A stretch of DNA of 63,577 nt, counting the filler, from Trichomonas gallinae (taxonomy: Eukaryota), in assembly GCA_008369845.1 (NCBI GenBank). It is 6 parts of 6 records of this genome, joined end to end, with 100 filler letters (N's around TTAATTAATTAA, not from the genome) between each part and the next. Parts side by side here need not be neighbours in the genome. Positions count along the whole stretch, not along the records: positions 1 to 23,177 come from MRSU01001374.1; 5 more parts are not named here. One strand, 5' to 3'. Shown here in pieces: positions 1 through 10,824 of the stretch. The notes beneath the pieces are model-generated. The model had not been told where the DNA came from. It worked only from the letters and a program-made list of their open reading frames with translations, and did not search any database. Within the stretch, counting starts at the first letter, position 1. The number at the start of each line of letters is the position of its first letter. The position numbers and the translations under genes are program-made.

Positions 1-108
1 CTGCCTATGCCATTTTTACGGCCAGAAAAATTGAATTTATACTGTTGGTTGCTCTTTATCCCGACGGTTATATCAACAGTCACAATTTTTCGCTGATGTA
101 TTTCATCA

Positions 109-242
109 AAAGTGACAATATTTTAAAAAATGAAAAAAAAAATCGAAAATTACTCGATTAATTGATGTTAATTTTTTGTCATTATTATCAACACCATATA
201 TTCTATAATCTCCCAAATAATAAATATATCATTAAAAGTGAC
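109..242 (+). promoter_or_regulatory. Two AAAGTGAC elements (Trichomonas core-promoter motif 2-like)
   Basis: AAAGTGAC at 109-116 and 235-242 upstream of the ATG at 282. The same octamer lies next to other starts (GTCACTTT at ~8890 and ~43909; AAAGTGAC at ~39367 and ~50263). Confidence 0.5.
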
Positions 243-281
243 AATTGTGTAAACTATTGAACTCGTAACCGCCATTCAGTA

Positions 282-2024
282 ATGGATCCAGAGACTTTAC
301 TTAACAAAGCGAAGCTTCTTAACGAGCCAGCTCAGAAGCAGTCGAAAGACAAGTGCATGATTGCTGCTCTCGTTCTCTCTATCCTTGTTTTCTTATGCTC
401 AATCGGCACAGTTGTTTTCACAGCACGATCTTTTGTCGCTCTTCACCAAGACAGAACTGAAACAGCTACAGACAAAATCTTCAAAGCAATAGTTGACGGT
501 CAATATGATTACATTCTTCCATCACGCTTTGGCGTTGATGAGAGCTACATTATGCCACCAAGCGATCAGATGCAGCGTGGCACATGCTGGATGTTCTCTG
601 CTGTCCTTACACTCGAGTCACAGTACCGTGCTCAGGGCATCAGGAACGGCTGGCTTACAAATGATGATTATGTTAATTTCTCAAAGCAGGCCTTCGGTGC
701 TTGGATTGTAGACAAGTGCATGGCTACAGGCCACAAATCTAAGGTTTGCCACCACAGCGGTCTTTGGATTAATGAAACAACTGATGGCAAGGCTGATTCT
801 TTCTACTATATTGCTCAGGATTATCCAGACTTCCTTAATGCCATCCTCCCAGAAACAGTCTGCCCATATGAACCAAAACCAAGCCCAGAAACAGATCGCA
901 AGTGCCCAGGAATGGAAGAGGCTCTCAAGCAGAACCCAATTTCATTCAAGATCAAGGGCATCAAGGCTGCTTCTGATGTTTATCACACAAAGAAGCTCCT
1001 TGTCGAATCAAAGCGTGTTTTAACAGTTGGCACACCACTTGCCGAGCTTCTTTACTACGTCCCATGCGACAACGAAGCCTGGGCTAACGATGATGTCTGC
1101 AGCGAGGCACAGCGCACATCCTGCCCATCAGATTACAAATCACAGTATTGCGGAACAGTCGCGCTTCCAGGACGTCTTCCAGATGGCACATTCATTGTCA
1201 TTGATGACAAATTCAACCGCTCTGCCAAGTGGGGTGGCCACGCTATGAACATTGTCGGATATAATGATGATTGGGTTTACCGCTTCCGCCACACAACAGA
1301 TAATTCCTTGTCCAACCTCAAGGGTGGTTTCATCTATCACAACTCATGGAGAAACAATGGCCACTCCTTCGAATATCTTCTCGGCCGCCGCTCTGAAGAG
1401 AACGAAGCTGTCATCTGCCCGAACCACCTCCACTCTACAAACTGGGTCCCAGGCACACTCAAATGCCTTCAGGATAACCATGGCGATAACACTAAATGCG
1501 GCCATAACTACAAGTTCGTCCGCGGCCGTGGCCTCATCAATCACACAGACAGACTCGTTTGCACAAGTGACAAGTACTGCAACACAGACCGCTATTATGC
1601 TCTCTCCCAGAGCGACTTAGTCAACGAGGACATCGCTATGGACCACCTCTTCACAGGCATGGACCGCATCAGGTTCATCTCGTGGAACAAGGACGGCTCT
1701 GATGTCAAGTATGAGTACATCGAGAAGCTTCCATTCCACTACCTTTATAGCGTCATGAAGCCACACGATGATGAGTACGTCATGAACGATATCCACCAGT
1801 GCGGCTACTACATGATGCCATACCAGTCTATCGAGATGATGAACAGAAAGAACTGGGCTAACCTTGACAACTATCACGCAGCTGATATCGAGGTTGAGTT
1901 CACACCAGAGTCTTATGTTCACAACAAGAGCCCGAAGTATAATTACACCCTCCTTGAACAGTCTACTTGGACTTTCAACAAGACCATGTTCCATGGCCCA
2001 CTTCCATACTACTACGTCTATTAA
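282..2024 (+). CDS. Papain-like (clan CA, C1A) cysteine peptidase with N-terminal membrane anchor
   Basis: Catalytic motifs DQMQRGTCWMF (oxyanion Gln, Cys), GGHAMNIVGY (His) and YHNSW (Asn). Hydrophobic helix at aa ~27-48. TCAGT/TCATT-like initiator just upstream of the ATG. Confidence 0.88.
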   Translation: MDPETLLNKAKLLNEPAQKQSKDKCMIAALVLSILVFLCSIGTVVFTARSFVALHQDRTETATDKIFKAIVDGQYDYILPSRFGVDESYIMPPSDQMQRGTCWMFSAVLTLESQYRAQGIRNGWLTNDDYVNFSKQAFGAWIVDKCMATGHKSKVCHHSGLWINETTDGKADSFYYIAQDYPDFLNAILPETVCPYEPKPSPETDRKCPGMEEALKQNPISFKIKGIKAASDVYHTKKLLVESKRVLTVGTPLAELLYYVPCDNEAWANDDVCSEAQRTSCPSDYKSQYCGTVALPGRLPDGTFIVIDDKFNRSAKWGGHAMNIVGYNDDWVYRFRHTTDNSLSNLKGGFIYHNSWRNNGHSFEYLLGRRSEENEAVICPNHLHSTNWVPGTLKCLQDNHGDNTKCGHNYKFVRGRGLINHTDRLVCTSDKYCNTDRYYALSQSDLVNEDIAMDHLFTGMDRIRFISWNKDGSDVKYEYIEKLPFHYLYSVMKPHDDEYVMNDIHQCGYYMMPYQSIEMMNRKNWANLDNYHAADIEVEFTPESYVHNKSPKYNYTLLEQSTWTFNKTMFHGPLPYYYVY

Positions 2025-2378
2025 AAAAAACAGTGATTCTTAGATTTCATAGTAATTATTTCACTATTTCTTTTTCATTATTATTTTTTGACAAGAATGT
2101 CATGTAATTTCTTTATATGTCAAAAAAATTAATTTCGTTGATTTATTACCAAATTCTTTTCATTTATATAATGTTATATGAGAAAAAGTGAAACAATGAA
2201 TGCAAATTCTCGATTACACATAATATTAATATTCGAAGAAGAAACAAATATCGAATTTTAAAATAAATGAGGATGTAGAGAAAAAGCTAACTCATGTAAA
2301 TAGTTATAAAAAATGAATGATTTAAATAAAAAAAAGGCCATAAAAATTTAAAATAAAATAACTAATTAAATTATATGC

Positions 2379-4853
2379 TTATTTCTTCTTGGCGGCTCCC
2401 TTCTTAGCTGGAGCTGCTTTCTTCGCTGGGGCTGCTTTCTTAGCTGGTGCAGCCTTCTTAGCTGGAGCTGCTTTCTTCGCTGGGGCTGCTTTCTTAGCTG
2501 GCGCAGCCTTCTTAGCTGGTGCTGCTTTCTTAGCAGGTGCAGCCTTCTTACCTGCAGCGGCGCCTTTCTTGGCCGCTGCTCCTTTCTTAGCTGGTGCAGC
2601 ACCCTTCTTTGCGGCTGCTCCCTTCTTAGCTGGAGCTGCGCCCTTCTTAGCGGCAGCACCTTTCTTGGCTGGGGCTGCTCCTTTCTTTGCTGCTGCACCC
2701 TTCTTGGCTGGTGCGCTCTTTTTCGCTGGTGCTTTCTCCTTCTTTTCGGCAGATGCCTCGACGTTGACAGCGATGCCGGATTCGAGAGGTATGCCGCCGT
2801 TGTCCGGAGGAGGCTCCATTGGTGGAAATCCACCCATTCCTGGGTCTCCCATTGGTGGGAAGCCACCCATTGCTGGGTCGCCCATTGGTGGGAAGCCGCC
2901 GTACGCTGGATCTCCCGGCATTGGAGGATATCCGCCCATTGCTGGGTCGCCCATTGGTGGCTGTTCTGCAGATGCGAAGTAATTCTGCGGAGCATCGAGG
3001 TCCTGGCCCTCCTTGGCGAGCTTCTGCATGTCTTCATCTGGTCTGTTGTGGAAGAATGTAGACAAAATGACGTGGAGGTTGTGTGGGATGATTAACGGCT
3101 CCTGGAAGTTAGCCAGAGCAGCGTCATTGAAGCGCTGGACGAACTGGATGAATGAGTCCTTATCACTGATTGTGTTTGGATTCTCCTTGTGGCTGATGCA
3201 GTAGAGAATGTTCTCGATAACTTCGCAGAATCTCTCCTTGGAGATGCCTTCGTACTCTGGGGACTCTGTGAGCTGTGAGACAGCGAAGAGGAACTTCTCA
3301 AGAAGTGGATAATCGTTGTGGTTGAGCCTGTTGTTAAGATCAGCGAGTCCATTCTTGAATGCACCGAATGTGAAGGCAACGTTCGCGATTTCGATGAAGC
3401 CCTTGACGTTTTCTGGATGTTCGCATGGCTTTCCTGTGAAGTATTCTGATTGTTGGAGTGTAACAAGTAAAATGCGGAAAAGAAGGAACCTTGAAACGCA
3501 GATAAGTGCCTCGTGCTTGTTGTTGTACTGGCAGCGGCCGTATGCGCCGATGACTTGAGCGAAGTGCTTCAATTCCTTCGGAACAAGGCTTGCTGAGCAC
3601 GAAATGAGCTTGAGGACTGTGTGGAGTGGAACTTCAAGGTCAGCGGCTGAAGCGCCGAGGCCCTTAGCGAAAACATCCTTAGAACAGATGTAATCGAGGA
3701 GTTTCTGGCCGAACTTTTCGAAGTAAACCTTTCCCCAGCGCTCAGCGTAGCAGTCGACGAGGTGGCCGAAGTTTGTCTGCTTAGTGAGAAGATCCTCAGC
3801 CTTTGAAATGCTCTCGAATTCGATTGCAGCCATCTGGCAGAGGAGGAGGTTGACCTTTCCACCGTGGCAGAAGATGTCGAGGAGTGAATCCATGAGCTTT
3901 TCGGCGCGATTTTCTGGATCAGAGTATGGAGTGACGGATGGGTGGCAGACGCAGCGTGGGATGATCATATCGGCGTTCGTGAAGCACTCGAAGAGGGCGT
4001 GGTAGTACTCTGGAGGAAGCGGTGTCTGGAATGAAGAAAGGAAATATGGGAAAGGAGAGTGTTGCTTGGCGAGAGCTGCACCCCACATCTGAGCCTGGTT
4101 AATATCGACTGGAAGGAATGTCTTAACGTCTTGGCCGTTTTCATCTGAAATAACAACTGACTTGCCGTCTTCGTGGACGCGTGTACGGCTGCACTTGCAC
4201 TCGAATTCGAGGGCGCATGTGTTCTTCTTGAGCAAATAGAGCTTGAAATTCTTCTGTGTATCGAGAAGTGCCCAATAGGCTCTTCTTGAAGGTGGAACGA
4301 CACAGCGGCAGACCGCGCCAAGCTGTGTGTTCATGAGTGTGCTGCGCTTTGTCCACTGCTTCGGGAATAATGAATTTGAAAGCCAGTAAAGGACTTTATT
4401 GCCGTCCTGGGCTGTGTTAGCAATTCTGAGGATCAAGTGGAGGACGGAATCAACGTGTGGGACGAGGCGTGGGATGACTGGATACCAGTTGAAGCCGATA
4501 TTGAAGGCTGTCTTGATTGGAATCTTTTGGCGAATGAAACTTACGAAATCAATTAAGAGCTTTTTCTTTGTGTTGATCAATTGATCGTAACTTTGAGAAT
4601 CTACAAGTTCACATATTTCTCCAATGCATTCAGCAGGATTTGCACCCTGGAATGTTTGGAGGGATTCGTAATTATCGTTCTTAGTTGCTTCAACAAGGTC
4701 GCTATGGATTCTGTTGTACAAGATAACTTTGAGATTTCTATTATCTTGTGCATACATCGAATCCTCAGAAGCTGCCTGGAAAAGCGTGTTGAGATCTGGA
4801 TTTATACGCGGTTTAGGGCCCGATGGCGAGGCGGGAGGTGGATTTGCAGACAT
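2379..4853 (-). CDS. RasGAP-like protein (PH-like + GAP domain) with Pro/Gly/Met repeats and a PAKKAA-rich basic tail
   Basis: The segment LDIF...IEFESISKAEDLLTKQT...YAERWGKVY...RFLLFRIL resembles the RasGAP core. C-terminal PPMGDPAMGGF and AKKGAAP/PAKKAA repeats. GC-rich biased codons. Confidence 0.7.
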   Translation of the reverse strand: MSANPPPASPSGPKPRINPDLNTLFQAASEDSMYAQDNRNLKVILYNRIHSDLVEATKNDNYESLQTFQGANPAECIGEICELVDSQSYDQLINTKKKLLIDFVSFIRQKIPIKTAFNIGFNWYPVIPRLVPHVDSVLHLILRIANTAQDGNKVLYWLSNSLFPKQWTKRSTLMNTQLGAVCRCVVPPSRRAYWALLDTQKNFKLYLLKKNTCALEFECKCSRTRVHEDGKSVVISDENGQDVKTFLPVDINQAQMWGAALAKQHSPFPYFLSSFQTPLPPEYYHALFECFTNADMIIPRCVCHPSVTPYSDPENRAEKLMDSLLDIFCHGGKVNLLLCQMAAIEFESISKAEDLLTKQTNFGHLVDCYAERWGKVYFEKFGQKLLDYICSKDVFAKGLGASAADLEVPLHTVLKLISCSASLVPKELKHFAQVIGAYGRCQYNNKHEALICVSRFLLFRILLVTLQQSEYFTGKPCEHPENVKGFIEIANVAFTFGAFKNGLADLNNRLNHNDYPLLEKFLFAVSQLTESPEYEGISKERFCEVIENILYCISHKENPNTISDKDSFIQFVQRFNDAALANFQEPLIIPHNLHVILSTFFHNRPDEDMQKLAKEGQDLDAPQNYFASAEQPPMGDPAMGGYPPMPGDPAYGGFPPMGDPAMGGFPPMGDPGMGGFPPMEPPPDNGGIPLESGIAVNVEASAEKKEKAPAKKSAPAKKGAAAKKGAAPAKKGAAAKKGAAPAKKGAAAKKGAAPAKKGAAAKKGAAAGKKAAPAKKAAPAKKAAPAKKAAPAKKAAPAKKAAPAKKAAPAKKAAPAKKGAAKKK
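2382..2950 (-). repeat. Coding tandem repeats (18/21-bp Ala/Lys/Pro units and 33-bp PPMGDPAMGGF units)
   Basis: Repeated ttcttagctgg/gctgctttctt units and cccattggtgg units. Confidence 0.9.
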
Positions 4854-5883
4854 TTTTAATTATTTATTTATGGAGTTGTTAACGGTTTCGTAACGCATTT
4901 AACCAATCATTAATGCTATACCTAAATATCACGTTTATTCCGAAATCGTTTTTCTTTGCATTAAAAACCGTTTTGTAAATATTTCAAAAATTATTTGATT
5001 TTAAAGATCTGTTTATGAACTACACTTAAATGGCTGTGTTTTGATTGAAATGTCAAAAAATATTTTACACAAAAATTATTTTAATCATCATTTTATTGTC
5101 ATTGCTTATCAATATTCACTTTTGATTTTCACTTTTTTGAATTAAAAAATATTTTTATGTTCTTTTTATATCATTAAGTCTCATTTTGCTTTTAAAAAAT
5201 TAACCTTAATGTAAAAGATTTTATTTTTTACATTTTTTTGTCATCAGTTATTTATTGATATAATGATTGGCGTCTCATATACTATGCAATGAAAAAGGAT
5301 TTTGTCAGTTATGATGAGTTCACAGAAAATCTGTTAAATTATCACAGTACTGCAAAGTGTAATGCGAAATACATTTACGTTTCCGTGGCCATTGTTGCAA
5401 TTGTTTGTATTGTCCCATCGTTCATACTTCAAAATTTAGATATTTGTTAATATCTAGCCATAAACTCTAGTATCTCTTTCTTTGCATGATTTCCTTCAGT
5501 ATATTGGTTCATAAATGTTAAATCACAAAAAATTATCTTTTGTTTTATTATTCCCAAAAACACTTTAGAAATCTTTAGACAATCCCTATATTTTCATGTT
5601 TTCACCAGAGAATACGTTTTGACTTGAAATTTAATTATTCATGAAACTCTCATTTCAGTGATACTTTTGATATATCACACAATCTATGCTTTAGAATACC
5701 ATTCCCGCTTTAAACTATAGAGTAAATATGTTTAATTTAGAAAAGAGAATAATATGTTTTTTCTTCATTCTAAAGGTGACTGCAGAATATGTATTGATCC
5801 TTATTTTACTCATGTTCACTGTCCATCCATGGCACTCATGTTAAAAATATGATTTTTTTATAAATCAAAACCTTTTTTGTCAA

Positions 5884-6397
5884 TCAATGTTTATTTCTCC
5901 CAGGAACTGTGAGAAAGAGTTTGACAACTTCGTGATGACCTTCTTCTGAAGCCCACATTAAAGCTGTATTCCTGTAATTGTCTTTTGCATTTACATCTAT
6001 TCCAGGAATAGTGAGCAGGAGTTTGACAACTTCATGATGATGATACATTGAGACAAGAATCAATGATGTTTCAATTTCTTCAAGATTTGACATTTTAAGA
6101 ATAGATATTAGTTCTGAAATGTTTTTGTAATTAATTAAAAACTATAAACGACAGAAACGTTGAGTCATTATAATTTAGGCTACATTCCAGCATGAAATGA
6201 ATGAGATGAAAGTTGTGTTGAAGACAAAAGGTGAATATAATCTCATGATACTTCTCGATGAGGGCATATGGCATCGCTTCTGTATCGTTTTCATTCGCAA
6301 TCACGTTCAGAATGTTATATATTTTGTACGCATCGTTATTCTTTACAGCTTTGAGAGCTACTATATTTTTATTATTATTTTCATCAGTTTTGATCAT
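5884..6397 (-). pseudogene. Frameshifted ankyrin-repeat gene remnant
   Basis: Ankyrin repeats (EVVKLLLTIPGIDVNAKDNYRNTALMWASEEGHHEVVKL) lie in 5884-6093. The upstream ORF 6131-6397 is in a different frame and stops early. Confidence 0.7.
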
Positions 6398-6554
6398 TAA
6401 AAAATGATGGTAAATTTATATAAAATTTATATAAAAACAATGATTTTATATAAATTTATCACTAAAAACAACGATGCGGCAGTATCACTAAAAATATAAG
6501 TGCATATTTTTTGTGTATTTTAAATAAAAAATGTTTGGAAACAAAAAAAATCTA

Positions 6555-8888
6555 TTAAAGCTCATTGAAATCATTATTCTTTGGCTCTTTGTTCTTCTTC
6601 GGCTTCTGGCGCTTCGGCATTGTTGTTGTAGCCTTGAACTCATCCTCCATAGTTGTATAGTAGACTTTATTAGCCTCTTCGAATTCTTTCACTTTCTGTT
6701 CGATGCCATTTGACCTTCCGAGCATCTTGAACACATTGAGAGTGTATACTAGAACGCCATCAACAGTGAAACCGCCAGCAAGCATAGCTGTCTCAAATAT
6801 CAGCTTAGCATCTTCCTGGAGCTGTGGGTCTTTGTCATTTGTTTTAATCCTGTCGAAGAGCTCGATGATTGTTGGATGCTCTGGGTTCATCTCCAAGATC
6901 TTTTTGTTCATCTGAAGGTTGTCTGTCAGCTTCTGGTCGTAAACTGTCTGCGCGCGAATGAGGCGCTCGTGGGAAGCAGTGTATCCCCAGTTAGTCGCAG
7001 TGCAGATGGCAGGTGTAGCCTTGAGTCTGTTGGAAAGCGCAATCTTTTCGATTTTATCGCCCAAAACTTTCTTGAACCATCTCTGAATGAGGGACCACTC
7101 TCTCTGAGTGAGGTTGCACGCCATGAGGTCCTTAGTCAGCGAGCCTTTGTCGTTCTGTGTCTCAGGGTTCTCGAACTTGTAGCCGTCGAATGCATCCATC
7201 CTTTCGAGGCAGTAGAGGTCGATTGGTTCGATGGCGAAGATGACTTCGATGCCGCGAGAATAGAGGGATTCGAGGTATGGAGAAACAGCCGCTGATTCTC
7301 TGTTCGCACTGCCGATGAAATAAATTTTATCTTGTCCAGTCTTCATGCGGCTGACGTATTCATCGAGTGTAACCATGACATTCGGAGAGTATGATGTGTA
7401 GAAGAGAAGAAGCTTGGCCAATGAATTCTTGTTCTTTGAATCTTGAATAACGCCATACTTAAGAGCTGCTGAATACTGCTTGTAGAACTGGAAGAACAGA
7501 CCTGGCTCGAACTGGAAAGCGTGTTGGAGCTCAGAAATGATCTTGTTTGTGATTCTTCTCTTGATTAAAGTCAAAGTTCCTTCTTTCGAGAGATGATCGC
7601 GATCAACGTTGAGGCTGAGATCGCTGCTGTCTATAACACCCTTGATAAAGTGTAAATAATCAGGAAGTAATTCATCATTCCATTCATCTGAAACTAAAAC
7701 GCGTTTGACGTAAAGTTTCACGTTGCGTGTTGTGTGCTGCATGAGTTTATCGGCTGGAGGAGCCTGGCTTGGAATGTAAAGAAGAGCATTGAATGTAATT
7801 CTGCCTTCTTCGCATGTATGGATCTTAAACATTGGATTCTTAGAGTCCTTGAATGCACCCTTATAGAATTCGTTGTATTCGAGCTCGCTGATGTCGTTGC
7901 GGTCGCGCATCCAAATTGGTTGGCGATTATTGATCTGTTCCCACTCCCAAACGATCTTCTTAGGGACATTGCGGTCCTCTGGCTCAGCAATTGTTACGAT
8001 TTCTTCGTCAGAATCTTCTTCTTTGACTTCATCTGGATTATCGAAGATATCGTCTTCATTTTCTTCTGCATTTTCTGTTTCTGGGATCTCATCTGTGCTC
8101 ATTTTCTCCTCGTGGTACTGCCAGATCTTAACTGGGAAGTCTACGAACATTGAATAGTGACGAGCGATGGCTATGAGTCTATCCCTGTTGAGATACTGGT
8201 AGTCTTTCTCCTTGATGTGCATAATGATCTGTGTACCACGTCCCAGTGTCACACCACGTGGATCTTCTGCGATTGTGAATTGAGCTGATGAATCTGATGT
8301 CCAAATCCACTGCTTGGGGTCATCATTGTGCTTGGATATGACAGTAACTTTGTCCGCGACGAGAAATGTCGAATAAAAGCCAACACCGAACTGGCCAATC
8401 AAAGATGTGTCGCCTGATTGAAGCATTTTCTTGAATTCGTTTGTACCAGACCTGGCGATTGTGCCAAGCTTGTCTATCAAGTCCTGCTTCGTCATACCAA
8501 TGCCAGTATCAGTTACAGTGATTGTTCGATCATCTTCGTTGACGTCGATTAATATTTGGAGCTCCTTGTTGTTTTCGAGTGCCTTGTGGTCCCTGATTGC
8601 TTGGAATCTGATTTTATCGAGAGCATCATTCGCATTCGAAATAATCTCACGAAGGAAGATATCTTTGTTTTCGTAAAGAGAATCGATGAGAATGTTCATA
8701 AGTTTCGAGATTTCAGTCTCAAATTCGTGTTTTTCCGCTTGTTCTTCAATGTTTTTCATTTGTTCTGGAGAAAAATTATGTTCAACGCGACCACGGAGGC
8801 CCTCGTCGATGAATTGAACGTTCTTGTTCTTCGGGAGGCCTGGCGCGGCTCCAGCAACAAAACTTATAAACAGAGAAGCAATAAACAT
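6555..8888 (-). CDS. GRP94: ER Hsp90 (GRP94/endoplasmin)
   Basis: Hsp90 signatures NKDIFLREIISNANDALDKIR, LGTIARSGT and IGQFGVGFYS. Signal peptide, and C-terminal FNEL as a KDEL-like retrieval signal. ATG at 8888 (the ORF track starts at a GTG). Confidence 0.95.
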   Translation of the reverse strand: MFIASLFISFVAGAAPGLPKNKNVQFIDEGLRGRVEHNFSPEQMKNIEEQAEKHEFETEISKLMNILIDSLYENKDIFLREIISNANDALDKIRFQAIRDHKALENNKELQILIDVNEDDRTITVTDTGIGMTKQDLIDKLGTIARSGTNEFKKMLQSGDTSLIGQFGVGFYSTFLVADKVTVISKHNDDPKQWIWTSDSSAQFTIAEDPRGVTLGRGTQIIMHIKEKDYQYLNRDRLIAIARHYSMFVDFPVKIWQYHEEKMSTDEIPETENAEENEDDIFDNPDEVKEEDSDEEIVTIAEPEDRNVPKKIVWEWEQINNRQPIWMRDRNDISELEYNEFYKGAFKDSKNPMFKIHTCEEGRITFNALLYIPSQAPPADKLMQHTTRNVKLYVKRVLVSDEWNDELLPDYLHFIKGVIDSSDLSLNVDRDHLSKEGTLTLIKRRITNKIISELQHAFQFEPGLFFQFYKQYSAALKYGVIQDSKNKNSLAKLLLFYTSYSPNVMVTLDEYVSRMKTGQDKIYFIGSANRESAAVSPYLESLYSRGIEVIFAIEPIDLYCLERMDAFDGYKFENPETQNDKGSLTKDLMACNLTQREWSLIQRWFKKVLGDKIEKIALSNRLKATPAICTATNWGYTASHERLIRAQTVYDQKLTDNLQMNKKILEMNPEHPTIIELFDRIKTNDKDPQLQEDAKLIFETAMLAGGFTVDGVLVYTLNVFKMLGRSNGIEQKVKEFEEANKVYYTTMEDEFKATTTMPKRQKPKKNKEPKNNDFNEL

Positions 8889-8929
8889 TGTCACTTTTAT
8901 TGGCGGTTTTCTTCTTCGGTCAAATCGAT

Positions 8930-9350
8930 TTTTCTCGAAATCTGATTAACAAATATATATTTTTTATTTGATATCTAATTATTACTTATTCAGATCTATA
9001 ATATATATAATTTTTTAAATATTATTATATTATTGAAGAAATATATTTTATCAATGTATCATTTTTATTGGTGAAATAATTATCAAATATCTATATCTTT
9101 ATTATGTTTGATTGTTATTGAATAATATGATTAAATTTTTTTTTCTCGAATTCTGATTAACAAATATATATTATTTATTTGATATTTGATTATTGCTAAT
9201 ATTGATCTATATTATATGTGATTTTTAAAGAATTATTATTTGATTCATGAAATATATTTTATCATTGTATCATTTTTATTAGTGAAATAATTATAAAATA
9301 TGTTTGTCTTTATTATGATAAATGTTTAAATAATAAAGCGATTAATATTT
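8930..9350. repeat. Degenerate tandem duplication, ~211-bp unit x2
   Basis: ttctcgaa.tctgattaacaaatatata at ~8932 and ~9143; ttta.t.gtgaaataattat.aaata repeats at the same spacing. Confidence 0.8.
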
Positions 9351-9666
9351 TTTTCATAAAAATACAATTTATCAATATCAAACATCTGTGGTAAATTTAT
9401 ATTATGCCCATCCATCTCTATATAATGATTCATTCTTATAGAAAATCGTTTTGAATTATTATTCTCTGTGTTAAAATATATTTTTTAAACAATAACAAAC
9501 AATAAATTAAAAATTTAAGTAGCATTATACCTATTCTAACTATTAAACATTGATACGACAAGATTTTTTGTTTTATCAAATTAATTAAGTCGTATGTGAT
9601 GTGTTTGCACAATAATTCAGTTAAAAATGTGTCTTCGTGTAGGAAAATAAACAGTTTTACTAACAT

Positions 9667-10824
9667 TTATAGTTGAGATTTGATAGATTTGAGTTCTTCT
9701 GTCAGTAGATTCAGTCTACGAACATTTTCCTGTGTATTATTTTGCTTTTCTATCATCTCTTGATTGGATATCCTGAATTTCTCGATCTTATCTGAGTAAT
9801 TATTGATTTCAGCGAGTTCTCTAACGAGAGAGTTATTATAACTCTTTTCAGATCTGATAGATTGGTCAAGAAAATCGAATTTATAATTCTTCAATGCACC
9901 AATCTCAAGAACGAGAGCCTTTTTAATTTCAATATCGCTCAATGTGTCTTTCTTGAGTATAGGAGACTTGAGTTGTACATTTTTGCGTGAATGCACATTT
10001 GTATGACGCGAGAGCTCTAACAGTTTGTCTTTGGCTTTCTTGATTTTTCCAACTAATGAGATTCTTTCGCTCATCCAGTTGGAAGCTGACTGTGTTTTCA
10101 TAGAAGAAGTTCTCTTCTTTTCATTTAAAAATGAAGAAAAGTTGTTTTCCCTTTCCATCTCTTTATTTTTTTCAAGTTCGGCTTTTCTTTCAGCAATTGT
10201 CGCAATAAGCAACTGACGTTGAGCAAAGATGTCTTCTGCAGCATTCTTCGCCATGGCCTTAAGACCTTCAGCTTTCTTTCGTGTTTCTTCTTTAATTTGA
10301 ATGCATTCTGATTTAAGTTGCTCTTCCTCTGCTTGAAGCTTAACATTACGATCTTCCTGTTCTTTTATATCTGATTTCCTCTTTTCGTGCAGCTCTTTCA
10401 GGTTTGCGACCTTTTCTTGGAGCTCGAAATTTTGTTTTTGGAGAATTTTCGTTTTGTTGATGTTAGATTGCACTTCAGCTTGTAAATCTACGTTTCCTAA
10501 CTTCAAGCCAGAGAGTTTTGCGCCGATAATTTCATTCTGTGCTTCTAAAATTCGCAATTGCTCAAAGAAATCACCTGTGAGATTGAAATTCTGTAAATCT
10601 GGATCGAGAGTATTATTTTCGAACTGTTCATTCTCTTCATTAATGGCATTTAACTCTTGGTCGAGCTCTTCTAACTTAGATTCTAATTGTGATTTGAAGT
10701 TTAAGTTCTTCCTGAGCATTAATTTTTCATGACTTATCTTCTTTTCGTAGAATGCAGATAATTGAATCACTTCATCTGTTTCGTCTTGATTCGTAATGAC
10801 ATCTTCCGGTAATTCTTGAGTCAT
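9667..10824 (-). CDS. Coiled-coil protein of unknown function
   Basis: 385-aa ORF rich in E/K/Q/L heptads. Confidence 0.8.
   Translation of the reverse strand: MTQELPEDVITNQDETDEVIQLSAFYEKKISHEKLMLRKNLNFKSQLESKLEELDQELNAINEENEQFENNTLDPDLQNFNLTGDFFEQLRILEAQNEIIGAKLSGLKLGNVDLQAEVQSNINKTKILQKQNFELQEKVANLKELHEKRKSDIKEQEDRNVKLQAEEEQLKSECIQIKEETRKKAEGLKAMAKNAAEDIFAQRQLLIATIAERKAELEKNKEMERENNFSSFLNEKKRTSSMKTQSASNWMSERISLVGKIKKAKDKLLELSRHTNVHSRKNVQLKSPILKKDTLSDIEIKKALVLEIGALKNYKFDFLDQSIRSEKSYNNSLVRELAEINNYSDKIEKFRISNQEMIEKQNNTQENVRRLNLLTEELKSIKSQL

Noticed and set aside
2366..3061. Alternative-frame and antisense ORFs (2389-2982, 2366-3037) and similar shadows over GRP94, Vps11, Myb and aldolase
   Set aside because: By-products of repeats and codon bias in the real genes.
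5264..5450. Short ORF MKKDFVSY...VAIVAIVCIV with a hydrophobic stretch
   Set aside because: About 53 aa, with no recognisable family or initiator; possibly a gene remnant but unsupported.
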